Assembly: GCF_037042905.1 (NCBI RefSeq)
Contig: NC_087251.1
Coordinates: forward strand, 7,566,001-7,630,000
DNA from: Lytechinus pictus
Taxonomy: Eukaryota
DNA: 64,000 bases
Direction of reading: 5' to 3'
Below are positions 26,701-39,800 of the stretch, piece by piece. Made by a program: the position numbers and the translations under genes. Position 1 is the stretch's first letter; each line of letters opens with the position of its first letter. The notes beneath the pieces are model-generated. The model saw only the letters and a program-made list of their open reading frames with translations, did no database searches and was not told the origin of the DNA.

Positions 26701-27663
26701 TCAGCTTTAGACATTGCTTTAAGCATCACAGCTTGACACAATTGGTAGGTAAACAAAATTGATGGAAATAGCACTGATTATTGCAAAATAGAATTTACTA
26801 GTTTGATACTGTTGTCAATACTTCCTAATATTTGGCAAAAATTTAAAAAAAAAGTGCTAGAAAATATATATTATAACAAGAATGATTTCATCTGAAAGGA
26901 AGGCAATAGGATATCTAAATTAAAAGGAAAATATTGTATAGCTTGCGGGTAATGATTGAATAATAAATAAAATTCTGAATAGTATTTCTTCCAAATAAGA
27001 AAGTGCCAGACCATTCATATTATTGAGGAAAAGAAAATGAATTACCTTTTTAGTGCAATAATGACTCCTTTTGGACAAGACAGTAGAGTACATTTATGAA
27101 TTTGTTGTTGAGGTACTGATATCATTTCTCCCGGTGTTTATAGTATTTCCCAAGTATTGTTTACCATACGACCTTGCAAAATGAAAATTTCACCTTTTAT
27201 TGAAACGTTTGACACATTGTGCAAAAATGACCATTGGGAGGGATTTTATGTGTTCATTCAATCATGTAGTTACATCATTTGACTTGAGATGTTTTCATAA
27301 TGAAGAATTAAGTCTTTGAGGGTTGGAAGATTATAAGTCTAATATTATAGAGAAGGAATATTTAATAACACCCAGAGACCATTTTTCTCAATATAATGTG
27401 TGAAAGAAGTCCCATACATCTTTATATGAAAATATAAAATGCATACACTAGTGATATGATGAAGTACTCATTATTCAATGTCTTTCTACTAAATACCATC
27501 ATGGATGCATTAATTTGCATGGTAGATTTATCATTCAAGTAAGCTTGGTGAACTACATTAGATACCATTCACCAGTTTATAATTGTTCCCATGTATGATC
27601 AATGATATGACTGACATGAAATTGAACTTCCCTAATACTTATCTTGTGGTAATCCTTTTCCAG

Positions 27664-27820
27664 GGTGGATAAAAAGAGGGATAAGATGGAAAGGAAAGTG
27701 TTGGATAGTCAAGAAAGAGCATTCTGGGATGTCCATAGGCCTGTACCAGGGTGTGTCAACACTACTGAAATGGACATCAAGAAACTCAGCAGAATCAACA
27801 GAACGTTCAAGAAGAAAAAG
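27664..27820 (+). CDS. RGS7: RGS6/7-like exon (DHEX end and linker)
   Basis: ttccag|G...AAG|gtaatt; (K)[52 protein letters not shown]. Confidence 0.97.
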
Positions 27821-28193
27821 GTAATTTTGTTACACATGTGCAAGAACACAATTAGTACCACATACATTCATTGTTTCAAAATGATAATGGTCTGTAGCGC
27901 CATACATTTCAGCATTGCATAAGTGTTTTTAAGACGATGCACGGATGTGTGGTTCTGAGCATGTTAATCATAATTATAATAATAATAAATAAGATTTAAG
28001 AAGTACATTTTCCATCTTAATACCATGCTTTTGCACATGTTTGATGACTTTGTATTAGAAAATTAAATGTTTAGTTAATCAACATTATCTTGAGCACCAT
28101 CAAGATAAGTTGATAAAGTCTATGCCCAGTGTGACACTGACTGTACTGATTAGTAGTGATGACAGTTATACCGTACCATATACAGTACATTAT

Positions 28194-28725
28194 GGGGGGA
28201 TACCAGGCACGACCAAAGCAATGTGTAAAAGGATCTCTTTTTCAAGATTGGGCACGTTAGGTACGTAACGTAATAAGGGTGTCAAAAACACTCAAATACT
28301 GAATATACGTATATTTGGCTAGGAAAGCTACATGTTTACTGTCAAATTTGCAAGGGTATAAAAAATACTAAAATGCTTTATAAAGGATGTACTTTTTGCC
28401 TCAACACTACTTATTTATAGTCCGATTTGAGCGAGGTGTAGGAGGTGGGGTGGTACTAAACCCAACGTGAAGCCAACGTCCTTGATCACGTCCATGACAT
28501 AAGAATTAGAATATCGCTGTACACTACTTGTTTAGGGGATCAATTCAGGGAATACTTGTCACAAGTACTGTTTTGTTTCCAATAGTTGTTAAGGGTAGGA
28601 TTTCACAAGCCAATACTTGTTAAGGGGTGGATTTTCAGAATGTGGAAAATACTTGTTTAGGGTGTTTTTCAAAACCCCATGGTGGCGCCTGGTATCCACT
28701 AGTCAATGGAAGTGGCCCCCATGGG
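28194..28725 (+). mobile_element. MITE, 5'-degraded copy of the 47860-48441 family
   Basis: Shares GTACGTAACGTAATAAGGGTGTCAAAAACACT, TATAAAGGATGTACTTTTTGCC and repeated AATACTTGTT motifs with 47860-48441; flanked by ACATTAT on both sides. Confidence 0.8.
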
Positions 28726-28740
28726 ACATTATACCATATA

Positions 28741-29310
28741 CCGTACATGTAGTATTCAACCCGTTTGGAGAAATTTCTCAAATATATAGAAATAGCGAAT
28801 CTACCTTTTTTTCAGACCTTTCTCATTTCCAAGAGGAAATTCAGAGTTGTCTGTTGTCAGTATTGTTTTATCAATCTGTCGACCGTATGCGCGGGCAATC
28901 AAATAATGTGGCAATGGCTTTTTGCACTAGTATTCAACCTACCAACACTTGTATTTAACCTAGTAATGAAAGATGGCACTGTCTTGCAAACTGCCCTTGC
29001 CCCATCAGACTAAAGACTTGACCATTTTGGGATGAGACCAAATGGGGAATTAGTCAAAGCAAGAAATTGACATAGATCCGGTTGAGCAATCATTTGAGAT
29101 GCATACAATCACTAGGTTGAATCTGATCTAGTGCAAAATACCATTGCTGTTTAATTCAATCCTCCATGCATACAGTGAACAGATTGATACAGAAAATACT
29201 GACAACAGACTACCCTGAAAAATGAGAAAGGTCTGAAATTACGATAAATTCCCTTTTTCTAAATATTTGGGGAAGTTCTCCAAATGGGTTGAATACTAGT
29301 GCATGTACGG
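28741..29310. mobile_element. TA-flanked MITE (Tc1/mariner-pogo-like)
   Basis: TA|CCGTACATG..TAGTATTCAACCCGTTTGGAGAA ... TTCTCCAAATGGGTTGAATACTA..CATGTACGG|TA; inverted arms of about 120 bp. Confidence 0.75.
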
Positions 29311-29777
29311 TATTCTTAATGTCTACATTCAAATTTATAGTGTCTAATAATAAAAATCAACATGCTCTTAAGCATTCACAACCTGAAGTTCTAAATGCTT
29401 AATCAAATCAAGTCAGTAAAGGATATATATCCATGTGATGCAGACTGAATATCCACACTGATGACTTTAATGACAATTGAAGCCAAACATTCCTAGCACC
29501 TACAGTAAATCTATAATTATGACTTGTCAAAAAGGAAAGAATCTTGATTTAATGAAAGAAAGTGATTTGAATTTATAGACATTTTGCTTGATTTGAAGAA
29601 GCCAGTGTAAATAGATAATCATTCATATCAGCAGTGATGACAAATAAAGCCACATATTGTGTGTCTACAGTTATACATTTGGCCGCATTTTAATTTCATG
29701 CAGAACTATAATACGGGAATGATGGAAATGAAACGAAAAGCCCAAATAGGAAATTTATTGCGTTGCTACGATTTCTG

Positions 29778-29875
29778 CTACTACTACTACTACCACTACT
29801 ACTACTACTACTACTACTGTGGTGCTACTACTTCTACTACTTCTACTACTACTTCTACTACTTCTACTACTACTT

Positions 29876-29916
<41 letters not shown>

Positions 29917-30008
29917 GCTACTACTACTTCTACTGCAACTACTGCAACTTCTGCTTCTTTTCTTACCGGTACGACTATTGATTAATACTATTACTACTAT
30001 TACTACTT

Positions 30009-30055
<47 letters not shown>
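29778..30055 (+). repeat. Imperfect (CTA)n microsatellite
   Basis: Visible directly; it produces the poly-Thr/Tyr/Leu ORFs. Confidence 0.95.
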
Positions 30056-30056
<1 letters not shown>

Positions 30057-30313
30057 ATTACGAACAGAATAGACTATCTCCAGGATTTTGCTATGTTATA
30101 TGTATTTATTATCACATGACAACAAGAAAGTACATAATTATAGAACATGTGTGATGGTGTGTAGCTTTAATGAAATATTTGTTATTCACCTAAAGTTAAT
30201 ATTGGTAACTTACAATATAAAATATTTTATTGTAGGTGTCATGAAATTGTACAGAAACCATAGGTAGGATCATCTAAGTTCTTTTTGTTTATTTTTGGAA
30301 ATTCAACATTTAG

Positions 30314-30397
30314 ATCAACTCTCCAAGTGAAGATGGTGATAGCAGATGTCCGTCAGATTCAGACATACAATCAGCTTCAGAAGAAAGCAAAAGACAG
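30314..30397 (+). CDS. RGS7: RGS6/7-like exon (variable DHEX-GGL linker)
   Basis: catttag|ATC...CAG|gtaaaa; INSPSEDGDSRCPSDSDIQSASEESKRQ; 84 nt, phase 0/0, open frame, higher GC than flanks; poorly conserved sequence, as expected for the linker. Confidence 0.75.
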
Positions 30398-32682
30398 GTA
30401 AAATCTTCTCTAATTATAAGTCATCAGAATTACCGTTTATAATAATTTTCAAGCATTACACTATTATTTTTTGATGTCATGTTCAATTTCAAAACAACAA
30501 ATGATTGATTCTTTTGCCTGTGATCATGTTATTTAATATTCTCATTTTTTCTTTTCTAATTGGAATCATCCTTTCATTAAACTTCAAATTTAATTATATG
30601 AAACTTAATGAAATTGATTGCACATATTTTTCAGTTATTAGTTGGGGAGGTCCATTTTGTACTATTTAGATTATAAGAAATTTCCTCACATTTCTTATTA
30701 TTTCTTTACGAAAGGGTAGAACTTCGCAATAAATGTAGAGCTTGATAAATATAGGCCTAAGGAATTTAACATTATCCCTAAAACTTGATGAAGTAATTAT
30801 TTTCTTTGTGATGCTCCCAAATAAAAATCACTATATACCACATTTTCATTTAAAATAAAATGCTGTGGTGATGACCCTTTGAAAGAGATTTAAATATTAC
30901 AATTGGTTCAGTAAGGCAGTCCTTTCCTTGGACTGCAGCTAATCTTATCCTCCACCAGTAAGAAAGAAAGTTGTTATGAAAGATCAAATGATGATTGCAT
31001 AAAATGAGAATGGGCTTCACATAATTTATTTTTGTTTAAATGAAAACATAATCATTTTGAAAGGTTTAGAGTTATGTCTGTGACATTATGTGATTTTCCA
31101 TGTTGCAGAGGAGTAATATAATCCATTAAAGCTTGATATGGTAACTCTACTCTGCATGGTTCTTTATCAATATACATAATGTCTCTCAAGACATGTAAAC
31201 ATGAGAAGAGATTTGATTTTTTTGTTTGCATCCAGATTATGTATGGCTACAGCTTTGTGCTATTTTATGTTTCTGAATTTGCTATATTCAAATGCCCAGC
31301 AAACAAAATAAAAACTGCACTTGTGCTTGATATACATATAGCCATACTGAAAAAAAATGATTTTAGGTTAAGGAGAGAGAAAGAAAGGCAATTGAAGGAA
31401 CAGCTTGATAAGCATGCTTGGGCACTGATTATTGTGACATTGGTGATGGTTGTAATAATGGCTTCTGTTCAATATAACAAATATACATATACTTAAGATA
31501 GCATTATTGGCAGCAAAAAGGGGAAGAAAATATTTCACTCCACCCTGATTTGTAAGATGTATTTCTATTAACAAAATTTTCCTTCAATTCAAAATTGCTT
31601 CAGTTGCTTTGAAAATTACCTATTTCTTGTTTGGATTATTCAACTTGTTAATTACTTGATGAAATATGCAAATCAAATACTTTGCTCATCTTACTATTTC
31701 TGAATGCATCTTTATAGATGAGAAGACCATAATGCATTTTTAATGGTTTCAGTTACTTAGTTTATTGAAGAGATGAGTATGACTCAAGAGAATGTAAATT
31801 TTCAAATTTTATGCAAATTTCATCAAGATTGTATTTTCAATACTATTCCCAGCATACAGATTACAATGATCTTATTCAATCATTTATGTATTTCATTATA
31901 TATAAAGATTAGAACTCCCTAAACACTTGGTTTGAATCAACGGTTTACTTAATTTCTGGTGCATTGATCTTCGTTTTTCTCTCTGTTTCACCCTTTCTTC
32001 TATTTTCTCAACTGTATGTCCATGTTGGTGTAAATCCTCATTGTATTCTTTCACATTCTTCATTGCCTTAACTCCCTTCCACTAACTCACTCTACTTCAT
32101 CATGTGTCAATGTTTATCTGTTATTTATCTCAATTACCCTCATTTATCTCCTTCATAATACTTCATTGAATCTTTCATTACTTTTAATCTGATTATCATT
32201 CAAATACTTGAAATAATCCATGTTTTCATTCATTTGTTTGTCTGGATATGTTTTCTTGTGGTTTTGTGTTACATGTCGAGTCATTCACTCCCTTTCATTG
32301 TATATAACACATATTGTGTCTCTCTATGTTCCTCTATTTTCATTTGATTTCTATTTTGTCCTTTTATTTTGTCATACATTTTAAATATATTTATGTATGT
32401 GTCTCCACACTTTCCTATTTTTCTTTATTAAACTAAACTGTCCATTACTCATTCTGTGAATCTTGATTTTCTTCTTTATTTCTGTGGCCTTCGATGCTTC
32501 ACTCCATTGTCATTTATCTGTTCTTACTGTTGTCATTTTGGTCATCCCCTTTTCTTTTAGTATGCTGCTCTGTCTGTCTCTACCTCTCTCCTCCCTAATC
32601 TCTATCTATCTCTCACCCATTGTTGTCTGACCTCTCTTGTTCTGTTCATCAACTATTCCATCCTTCCATTGGTCTCCAACAG

Positions 32683-32748
32683 GAGTCTTCTCATCATCAT
32701 CATCTGCACTTTGCATGTTGTTCACCAATTCTCTTCCTCACTCGTAAG
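32683..32748 (+). CDS. Candidate alternative cassette exon in the linker
   Basis: ccaacag|GAG...AAG|gtatgt; ESSHHHHLHFACCSPILFLTRK; 66 nt, phase 0/0; preceded by a ~770-nt AG-depleted pyrimidine tract. No homology support. Confidence 0.5.
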
Positions 32749-34390
32749 GTATGTATAATTGATTCATCAAGGGTGGCATGCAGGCACCTCAAGGTAGTAA
32801 AATGCATGTTTACCATTGGAAATGCTCCACTTTACATGAATTCCATATCCATATCACTTTATTTCAGCAACAGACATTTTCACGAAAAATCCAATAACTA
32901 GCATATGCATTATGGTCAGTGGTTTGTACTCTTTCATACAGCAGGTTGTGGGTTTGAGTACCAGTCATGGCATTAATATTTCTTTTGGAAAGAAAACTGT
33001 CAGCATTGTATGGCATTCATTCCAGGTGATGTGAATGGGTACTTGGCAGGATTGATTGCTTAAATGCACTGATCATTCAAAATTTTAGATTTTGCCTTGG
33101 TCCTATCTACTCTCAGCGATTGGATGTTTCCTGAAAATGTTTGTGCCTACTTCCATTCTGCTCACAAATAAGATTCAATTTCATGAATCAACAAAGCATG
33201 TAATTTCCAGTGATTTTGATGTGCTCTGTAATGAAATGATTACACTCATAAGATAGTGATTTGTAGATAGTTCTGAAGTTAAATCTCATAATATACTAAC
33301 ACTTTTTAATGATACTCGTAATAAAGTATGATTGTATGTAGGAACTTACAAGTGGAAAAATTAACTTTCCTTTTAGTTTACACCAGAATTGTGTTAAATT
33401 GTAATTAAATTTGTGTTGTGGTTCAAGATTTTGACTACCAAATAGACCCTAACATATGATTTCAAGGCACCTGTATTTATAATTTTGGTAAATTCAGTAT
33501 GTCAAATACGACAACTCCATGCACTATGTAGTCCCTTCTTATTCTGTGTCAGTAATAACTACAGTTTCCCTTCAACATACTCATTTTCATTTGCTCTTGT
33601 TAACTCAGTCAATAACATACTATTGTTATTAAACTATTGTGTCTTGACTCTCATTTCTGTATTCATAAGTAGAGTAGTTACTTTATTGTGGAAAATAATT
33701 GAAAAACGTGATTTTGTTCTGCAGATGAAGTTTCACAGAAAAAAATATTGAACTTCCAAGCAAAACTGTGCTGTAACATATATGTAACATCTATGTACAT
33801 GTTCATGCTAACAATGAACATATATTTTCCTTTGATAATTTTATATCTATATGACTTGTAGTATTTCCTTTCAAGGAAATTGTTACATAATATAATTGCA
33901 TAAGCAAAAGTACTAATGTATATAGATTGAAACATTGGTGGCTGATTATGGAGAGAGCAAAAGAGCTACTTTAGGAATTTATTAAACAAAATTATAGAAA
34001 AATTATTCGGAATCGTGAGTTTTGTTCACTCTATATAAGCTCTGAACAGAAAATAGTTTCATCCAAAGTTAAAAGAGAATTAATTTGAATTGGGAAAGTG
34101 ATGTGAACATTGTAGAATGTGTTAATTTTTTTTTAAATTTTAGTTTTAAAAAATATCGGTGCCAATGTGAAGAAAAATTGTGCTTCATTAAACCATGTAA
34201 AAACTAGACTGCTTAAAAAGTAGACTTATGATCAACTAAAGAATTTCAAGTTTCTTCTTCTGATCCATCCCCCCAAAAAATAAGAGATTGTTGATGATAA
34301 TGAATGAACAATAAATATAAACAAATAGAACAAATAGAATGATAATTGAATTAAGATATAATGGTATCTCATACTCTAATATGGGATTAC

Positions 34391-35019
34391 CAATATATCG
34401 TTATCAATTAAACGAACCAGCCTAAACCTCAGCTGGTCTAAAAAACATCATTTTGAGATAATCGCGTTCAAAGTTTTGATGTTTTTCTGAAGTAACTTTG
34501 TGCCTTGAAAGAAAACCAGAGCAATTATTTTTACCAATTTAAAGCATAAATTCTATCCTTTTTTTAATTTGCAATATTTTGTTCAAAATTAGAATCTATT
34601 TTATATTCAATATTTGAAATAAAGCAAAGGTAAGCATTTTTTCATAAAATTTTTGATGAAAATCAGGGTTTTTTGGCACTTCGTAAAATCACTTTGTTAA
34701 ATTACATGTATCATGGTCATCATCTTTAGCTACATTAACCATCACTTATGCTAGTTCGCAAAATTCACTCAATGCGTATGCTCAACATCTAGTTCAGGTT
34801 TATTACCTCTGCACACAATTTCAGAGACTGGTATAGTACAGAAACAATGGTTAAGGATGCTTCGTAAAATCAAATGAGGGGGGATATACCAGTTCCTGTG
34901 AAATTTCAATTTTCTCCTATGTGTTTATGGCAGGGTTTCTAAATATGCAAGTCTCATTTTCATAAAGTTGACAAAAAATTAGGTTTGTGCTGGTTCATTA
35001 AATCACTGATGATATATTG
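34391..35019. mobile_element. Degenerate TIR element (MITE)
   Basis: CAATATATCGTTATCAATTAAACGAACCAGCCTAAACCT ... AGGTTTGTGCTGGTTCATTAAATCACTGATGATATATTG form imperfect ~39-bp terminal inverted repeats. Confidence 0.6.
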
Positions 35020-36092
35020 AACATACAAGGAATTGGCAGTCTCATTAGTTTTTTTGTTGTTGTTGCTATATGGCTCTAATTTCATCTCAATAAATTTTGT
35101 AGTGAATCTCATGCTTTTTCGTCTGATTCATTGTATACATTGTTTCATCCATATGTATTTCCCCTAGAGAGGAAATTGAAATGAGTACTTTTTAGACAAT
35201 GCAATATTTCCTTTCAAAATTTACATCAAACAGTCATAACCCCCATTCAAATGCATTAGCCCTTTGACATTTTCCTTCTGTATCACACTTAATATAAAAA
35301 AAAAATATTTCATCTAATTTGTGTGTGTTGTGTATACAGTTTATACAATAGTATGTAGAAAGCATGTACAAAATTAATCAGCTTTGTAGTTAGTTATAAC
35401 ATTAGTGTCATATTTGGCTACTTCCACACCAATTTACTGCTCTGATTTAGATTTGTGTTCATTTAATTATATTCAGATTATCACTTATCAGAAATCCTCT
35501 TAATACTTTACACAGAACTCTCTTTGAGTTTTCTTATTCAAACTATATTAAAAGTAATAATTTTTTTTTTCAGATTATAACTTTGGTCTAGATATAAGTA
35601 AAAACACATGAGTAAATTCCAGTGTGAAAAATTCCTAAAAGATGGAAATGGAATTAAACAGTTTTTTTAACAATTTGCTAACCCATCCACCTGCAATATA
35701 CGTGTTGGAAAAAAATATTGGTAATGATAATCGCTAAAAATGGAATACTAGACATTCTAAAATATTATTTCTTCTGCTACTTCTACATACCACTTAAGTA
35801 GTGAAATAGTAGTAATGCATCCATAATCATTAACTAAATTTTACTAGTGATATTACTTTTTATGATATTACTCATAAATATACATCCTATTTCACTTACA
35901 TACCAAATTATCTGAACTTTAACCCAAAAAAAATCAATATTTGATGTGAAAAACACCCATGAATTCTTATATCTCATGTGACAACATTACATTACAATAA
36001 ACAAACACCCATGAAATCTACACATTAGAATCATTGAAATGAAGACATTGAAATCTATTCTAATACTAGTCTTGAAATATTGTTGACTTTAG

Positions 36093-36154
36093 GTGGAGAT
36101 GTTGAAAGCAAGATTAGAAAAGAGGCAGTACAAGACATCTAAGGTCGCAGAACT
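36093..36154 (+). CDS. RGS7: RGS6/7-like exon (GGL domain N-terminal helix)
   Basis: gactttag|GTG...CT|gtaagt; VEMLKARLEKRQYKTSKVAE(L), matching the G-gamma-like motif (R.K.SKVA). Confidence 0.92.
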
Positions 36155-36465
36155 GTAAGTATACTACTTTCCTCTTCATACTCTATAAAAAGTATATCGA
36201 TTTAGCTTCTATACACAGTATCATTCATATCACTATGTTTCTATATGCCAAAATCTTTGTGGTTGTTTAGTCATAAAGTACATGATTAATCATAGAACCA
36301 CTGTTATTGCTAACACAACTGACAGTATGTGTGTTCATTAATTTTTTGCAAATTAAGCCTTATTTGTAAATGGGCTTTTTACAATAAATTTGGAATAATT
36401 CTGTGCTTAAAATTCATACTGAATACACTCATATTTATATATCTTTGGATGAAAAGTAATAGTCT

Positions 36466-36868
36466 GGGGGAGGGGGGGGGGGGCTACTTGAATTATAACA
36501 TTAAAACCTATGTGCCACACCAAAGTCGAAAATAGGGGGCTCTGGAACTAAATCTTGGTCTTAAAAATGGGGGTCTCCGGAATGGCTCTTGAATCAACGA
36601 TTGCTTTGGAACTGACCACATAAAAAATGGGGGTCCCAGAACTCATATGACTGCGCACTGTTCAAGCTCACCTCCCCGACCGGCTGAGTAGTTCATGATG
36701 GGCGCGTACTGGCAAGAAACCACAAATTTGAGGGTCTCTGGAAAGGTGAAAAATATGAATTTCTATGGCATTCTAAATTGGTGATGCTCTGGAACGTAAA
36801 TTTAGGCTAAAAATGGGTGTCTCAACCACGGCACATACGTATCATACATTTATACTAAGAACCCCCTG
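36466..36868 (+). mobile_element. Diverged poly-G-ended MITE related to 43331-43780
   Basis: Poly-G start, repeated AAAATGGGGGTCTCCGGAA motifs, end CGGCACATAC...TTATACT...CCCCC. Confidence 0.55.
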
Positions 36869-39800
36869 AGAATAATCTATGAAACAATGTAGAATTAGCA
36901 TAATGTGTGGAAGGTACTGCATGTGTTGTAGTTCATTAAGATGCTTTCTAAAAGTATATATAAATGAGTTTACCTCTGTAAAACTCTTTTACAATTTCTA
37001 GGTGAAATTTTAGCTATCATGAACCATTACAAAATGGGCATATATTGGATTTATATTGGATTTACATAACATAAGTGGTAGCTGCTTGCATGTGACATCA
37101 CAAAATCAAAACTTAAAAACTGTATCATTCTGTTAAACTTTTATGAATGAGTCAGAAAAAAATTTACTCATAAAAAATCGCCAATGAAAGAAAACATGAA
37201 ATAAATACTTGAGAAATAATATCCCTAAAGAATAATTATCCTATATAATTTCATGGCAAATTTAACATGATGTATGTTTATACTTGGATAATCAAGGTAT
37301 TCTTTGAAGTGATGTAAAAATTTGATTTATGTCAAAGTAAGGCATGGCTGCCATGAATGAACCTATCTGTTAATAAAGTCATAATCATACATGAATTGCA
37401 ATAATCTTCATTGCGACATATGTGATGCAATTTTTAAATAAATTGGTGGGTTTTTTTTTTTAGAATTTTTTTTTTCTAAATCACTTGGTAAATCGATACC
37501 AAGTGCTGTATTTGCTTGTGGTGCATCTACATATATTTTGCCACCTACTTATATTTTCAATTGCTATCACATGATCTTCAAAATACCAGCATATCGAGAT
37601 TAGATCATCTTGTAACTGGACCTTTGGGTTGATGAATGTATAAACAAATCAACCAGAGGGCAGTATGATTGTATGGCTTAGAATAAAGGTCTATGACACT
37701 GGTTTCACTTTATCTATGTTTTTTTTCTTTTTGTAAAGAAATCAATTGATGATTATCAATTTTATACCATCCTGCAGTGGAATGTTTCCACATTTAAGTA
37801 TCACATGATGACTTATAAATACTTTATTAAAAAAGCAATTCTCGTTTCATTTCCGCTGTCTTTCCTCTTGTAGACAACTTAAATGTAAAAGAATTGCAAG
37901 AAAAAAAAAAAACTCGACATAAGTCTGACTCAAGGAAATATATCAAGGAGATAAAAAGATTTTTTAAACCCCCCCCCCAAAAAAAAAAAAAATCAGTATC
38001 ATACAAAGTGAAAGGATTAAAAAATCTGTGAAGATTTTTTATTGCCCTAAAAAATATGTGACATGATATAACAAAAACTTGTCATTGAAATTGAATATTT
38101 ATGTGATGAAAATAATACAGAATCTATACAAATGGAAAGAAAAGAAAAGAAAGGAATACGGAACATGGCACTTAATCACATTGGAAATAAGATGTCGAGA
38201 AAAAGATGAAAAGAAAAAAATAACGGCCAAAGAAACTATAACAATAAGAAAATGAATGGACATGAATATAAAAAGTGTGTAGAACAATATAAGCCTATTT
38301 GGATCATTTCTTACAATTTTATGGGAACATGATGATGGAATAAGAATGTTAGAAAACAATACTATATGATTGAGAAGGGGGAAAAAGGAGAAAGGGAAAG
38401 AGACAACTACAGTATATTTTAAAATAATGCTGTAAGCAAATATAGATTACAGACAGAAAAATTAATATTATACTGGGGGAGAATTAAATGTGACAAGATT
38501 AAGATGAAATGAAAAATGATGAAAAAGAAGAAAAAAGTTTAATTCAGAGGAGCTGAAAGTAAGAATAAGATTAAGAAATTAGCAGAAATAAATTATGAAA
38601 TGGATTATGACACCCCCCCCCCTCCCCTAAATATGTCAAATTTTACACTCACATACTGTCCATTCACATTCTCACTTCCAAATGTAATAAAGCAATATAA
38701 GAATGATTTCTTGATTTCAAAAGAAGGTAAAAATTATCCTTATATAAAGAATTATATTAACAGCTGTGCTGGAAATATTGCATTGCATGTAAACAGTTTA
38801 AAAGCATTTATATTAGTTACAACTTTATTTTCTGTGGAAAATGAGATAGAATTGTGTATGTAGATGATGATAATCATAACTTGGTTCAAAATTATAATGG
38901 TCAACTTCATTGGTTACTTGAGTAAAGGGAAAATCAAACACATGTGATTGTCATTATTTTGTTATAGTAAAAAGCTAGAGGTATAGCTCTTAATAATTAG
39001 GGATGAAGTATTTCAAAGTCGAAACTCAGACAATCTACAGTTAAGTTTGAGAGCACTCAATAACATATGTATTAGTGATACTACAGATAATTTTTATGTT
39101 AACATTACTTGATTAATGTTGTAAGAACCATAGGCAGTTACACCACATGATTATAAATTTATATTGGATATAGCTACTTAAGTCTCTTTACCTGTCATAT
39201 ACATTTCCTGCTATGTGCATTATAAATCAGTATTGTTACATTAAACCTCCTTCATTTGGTATAAATATTATTTCAGTTGGGTGAACGTACTTACAGTTAT
39301 ACTCTAGTTGAGATAGAACTCTGATATAAAAGGGTAAAATAAACATTTGAGGAGCTGTTACATAGAAATAGACTACTCATAGGGTAATTAAAATAAACAG
39401 TGGGGTACTTTACATTCTGAAACCGCATGAAATGTTTTTATAAAACCAGTCGTCCATAACTTTTTGAAAATTACTCATGAAAATGACAAATAATAGAAAC
39501 CAGAGAATATATTTGAGGAAGTGTACAGTTCAAATGTTTTTTCTTTCATAACGAAAATACATTGAATATAATGGAAATACTAAAAATGACTAGCAATTAA
39601 ACAGAGATCACAATGGTAAAACCCTCTTGATCATGGTTCAATGCCCTTTCACAAGAATATTCAAAAGTTGACTATAAAGCACTTAATAGGTAATCTAGTC
39701 ATTCTCCAGATTACATTCACAAAAAGATGGAAATCCGCTTTCTTCAAAAGTGCTGTATGTATTAACAATAACACAATAGTAATAAGCCTTCGTGAGAATA

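Noticed and set aside
29659..30154. Poly-Thr, poly-Tyr and poly-Leu ORFs
   Set aside because: Translations of a (CTA)n microsatellite.
32561..32748. Longer version of the cassette exon from the TAG at 32560
   Set aside because: 188 nt would shift the frame, and the extra sequence is pyrimidine tract; at most a poison variant.
38100..38600. Purine-rich tract as the pyrimidine tract of an antisense gene
   Set aside because: No credible minus-strand exon follows, and CT (minus-strand AG) is not clearly excluded.
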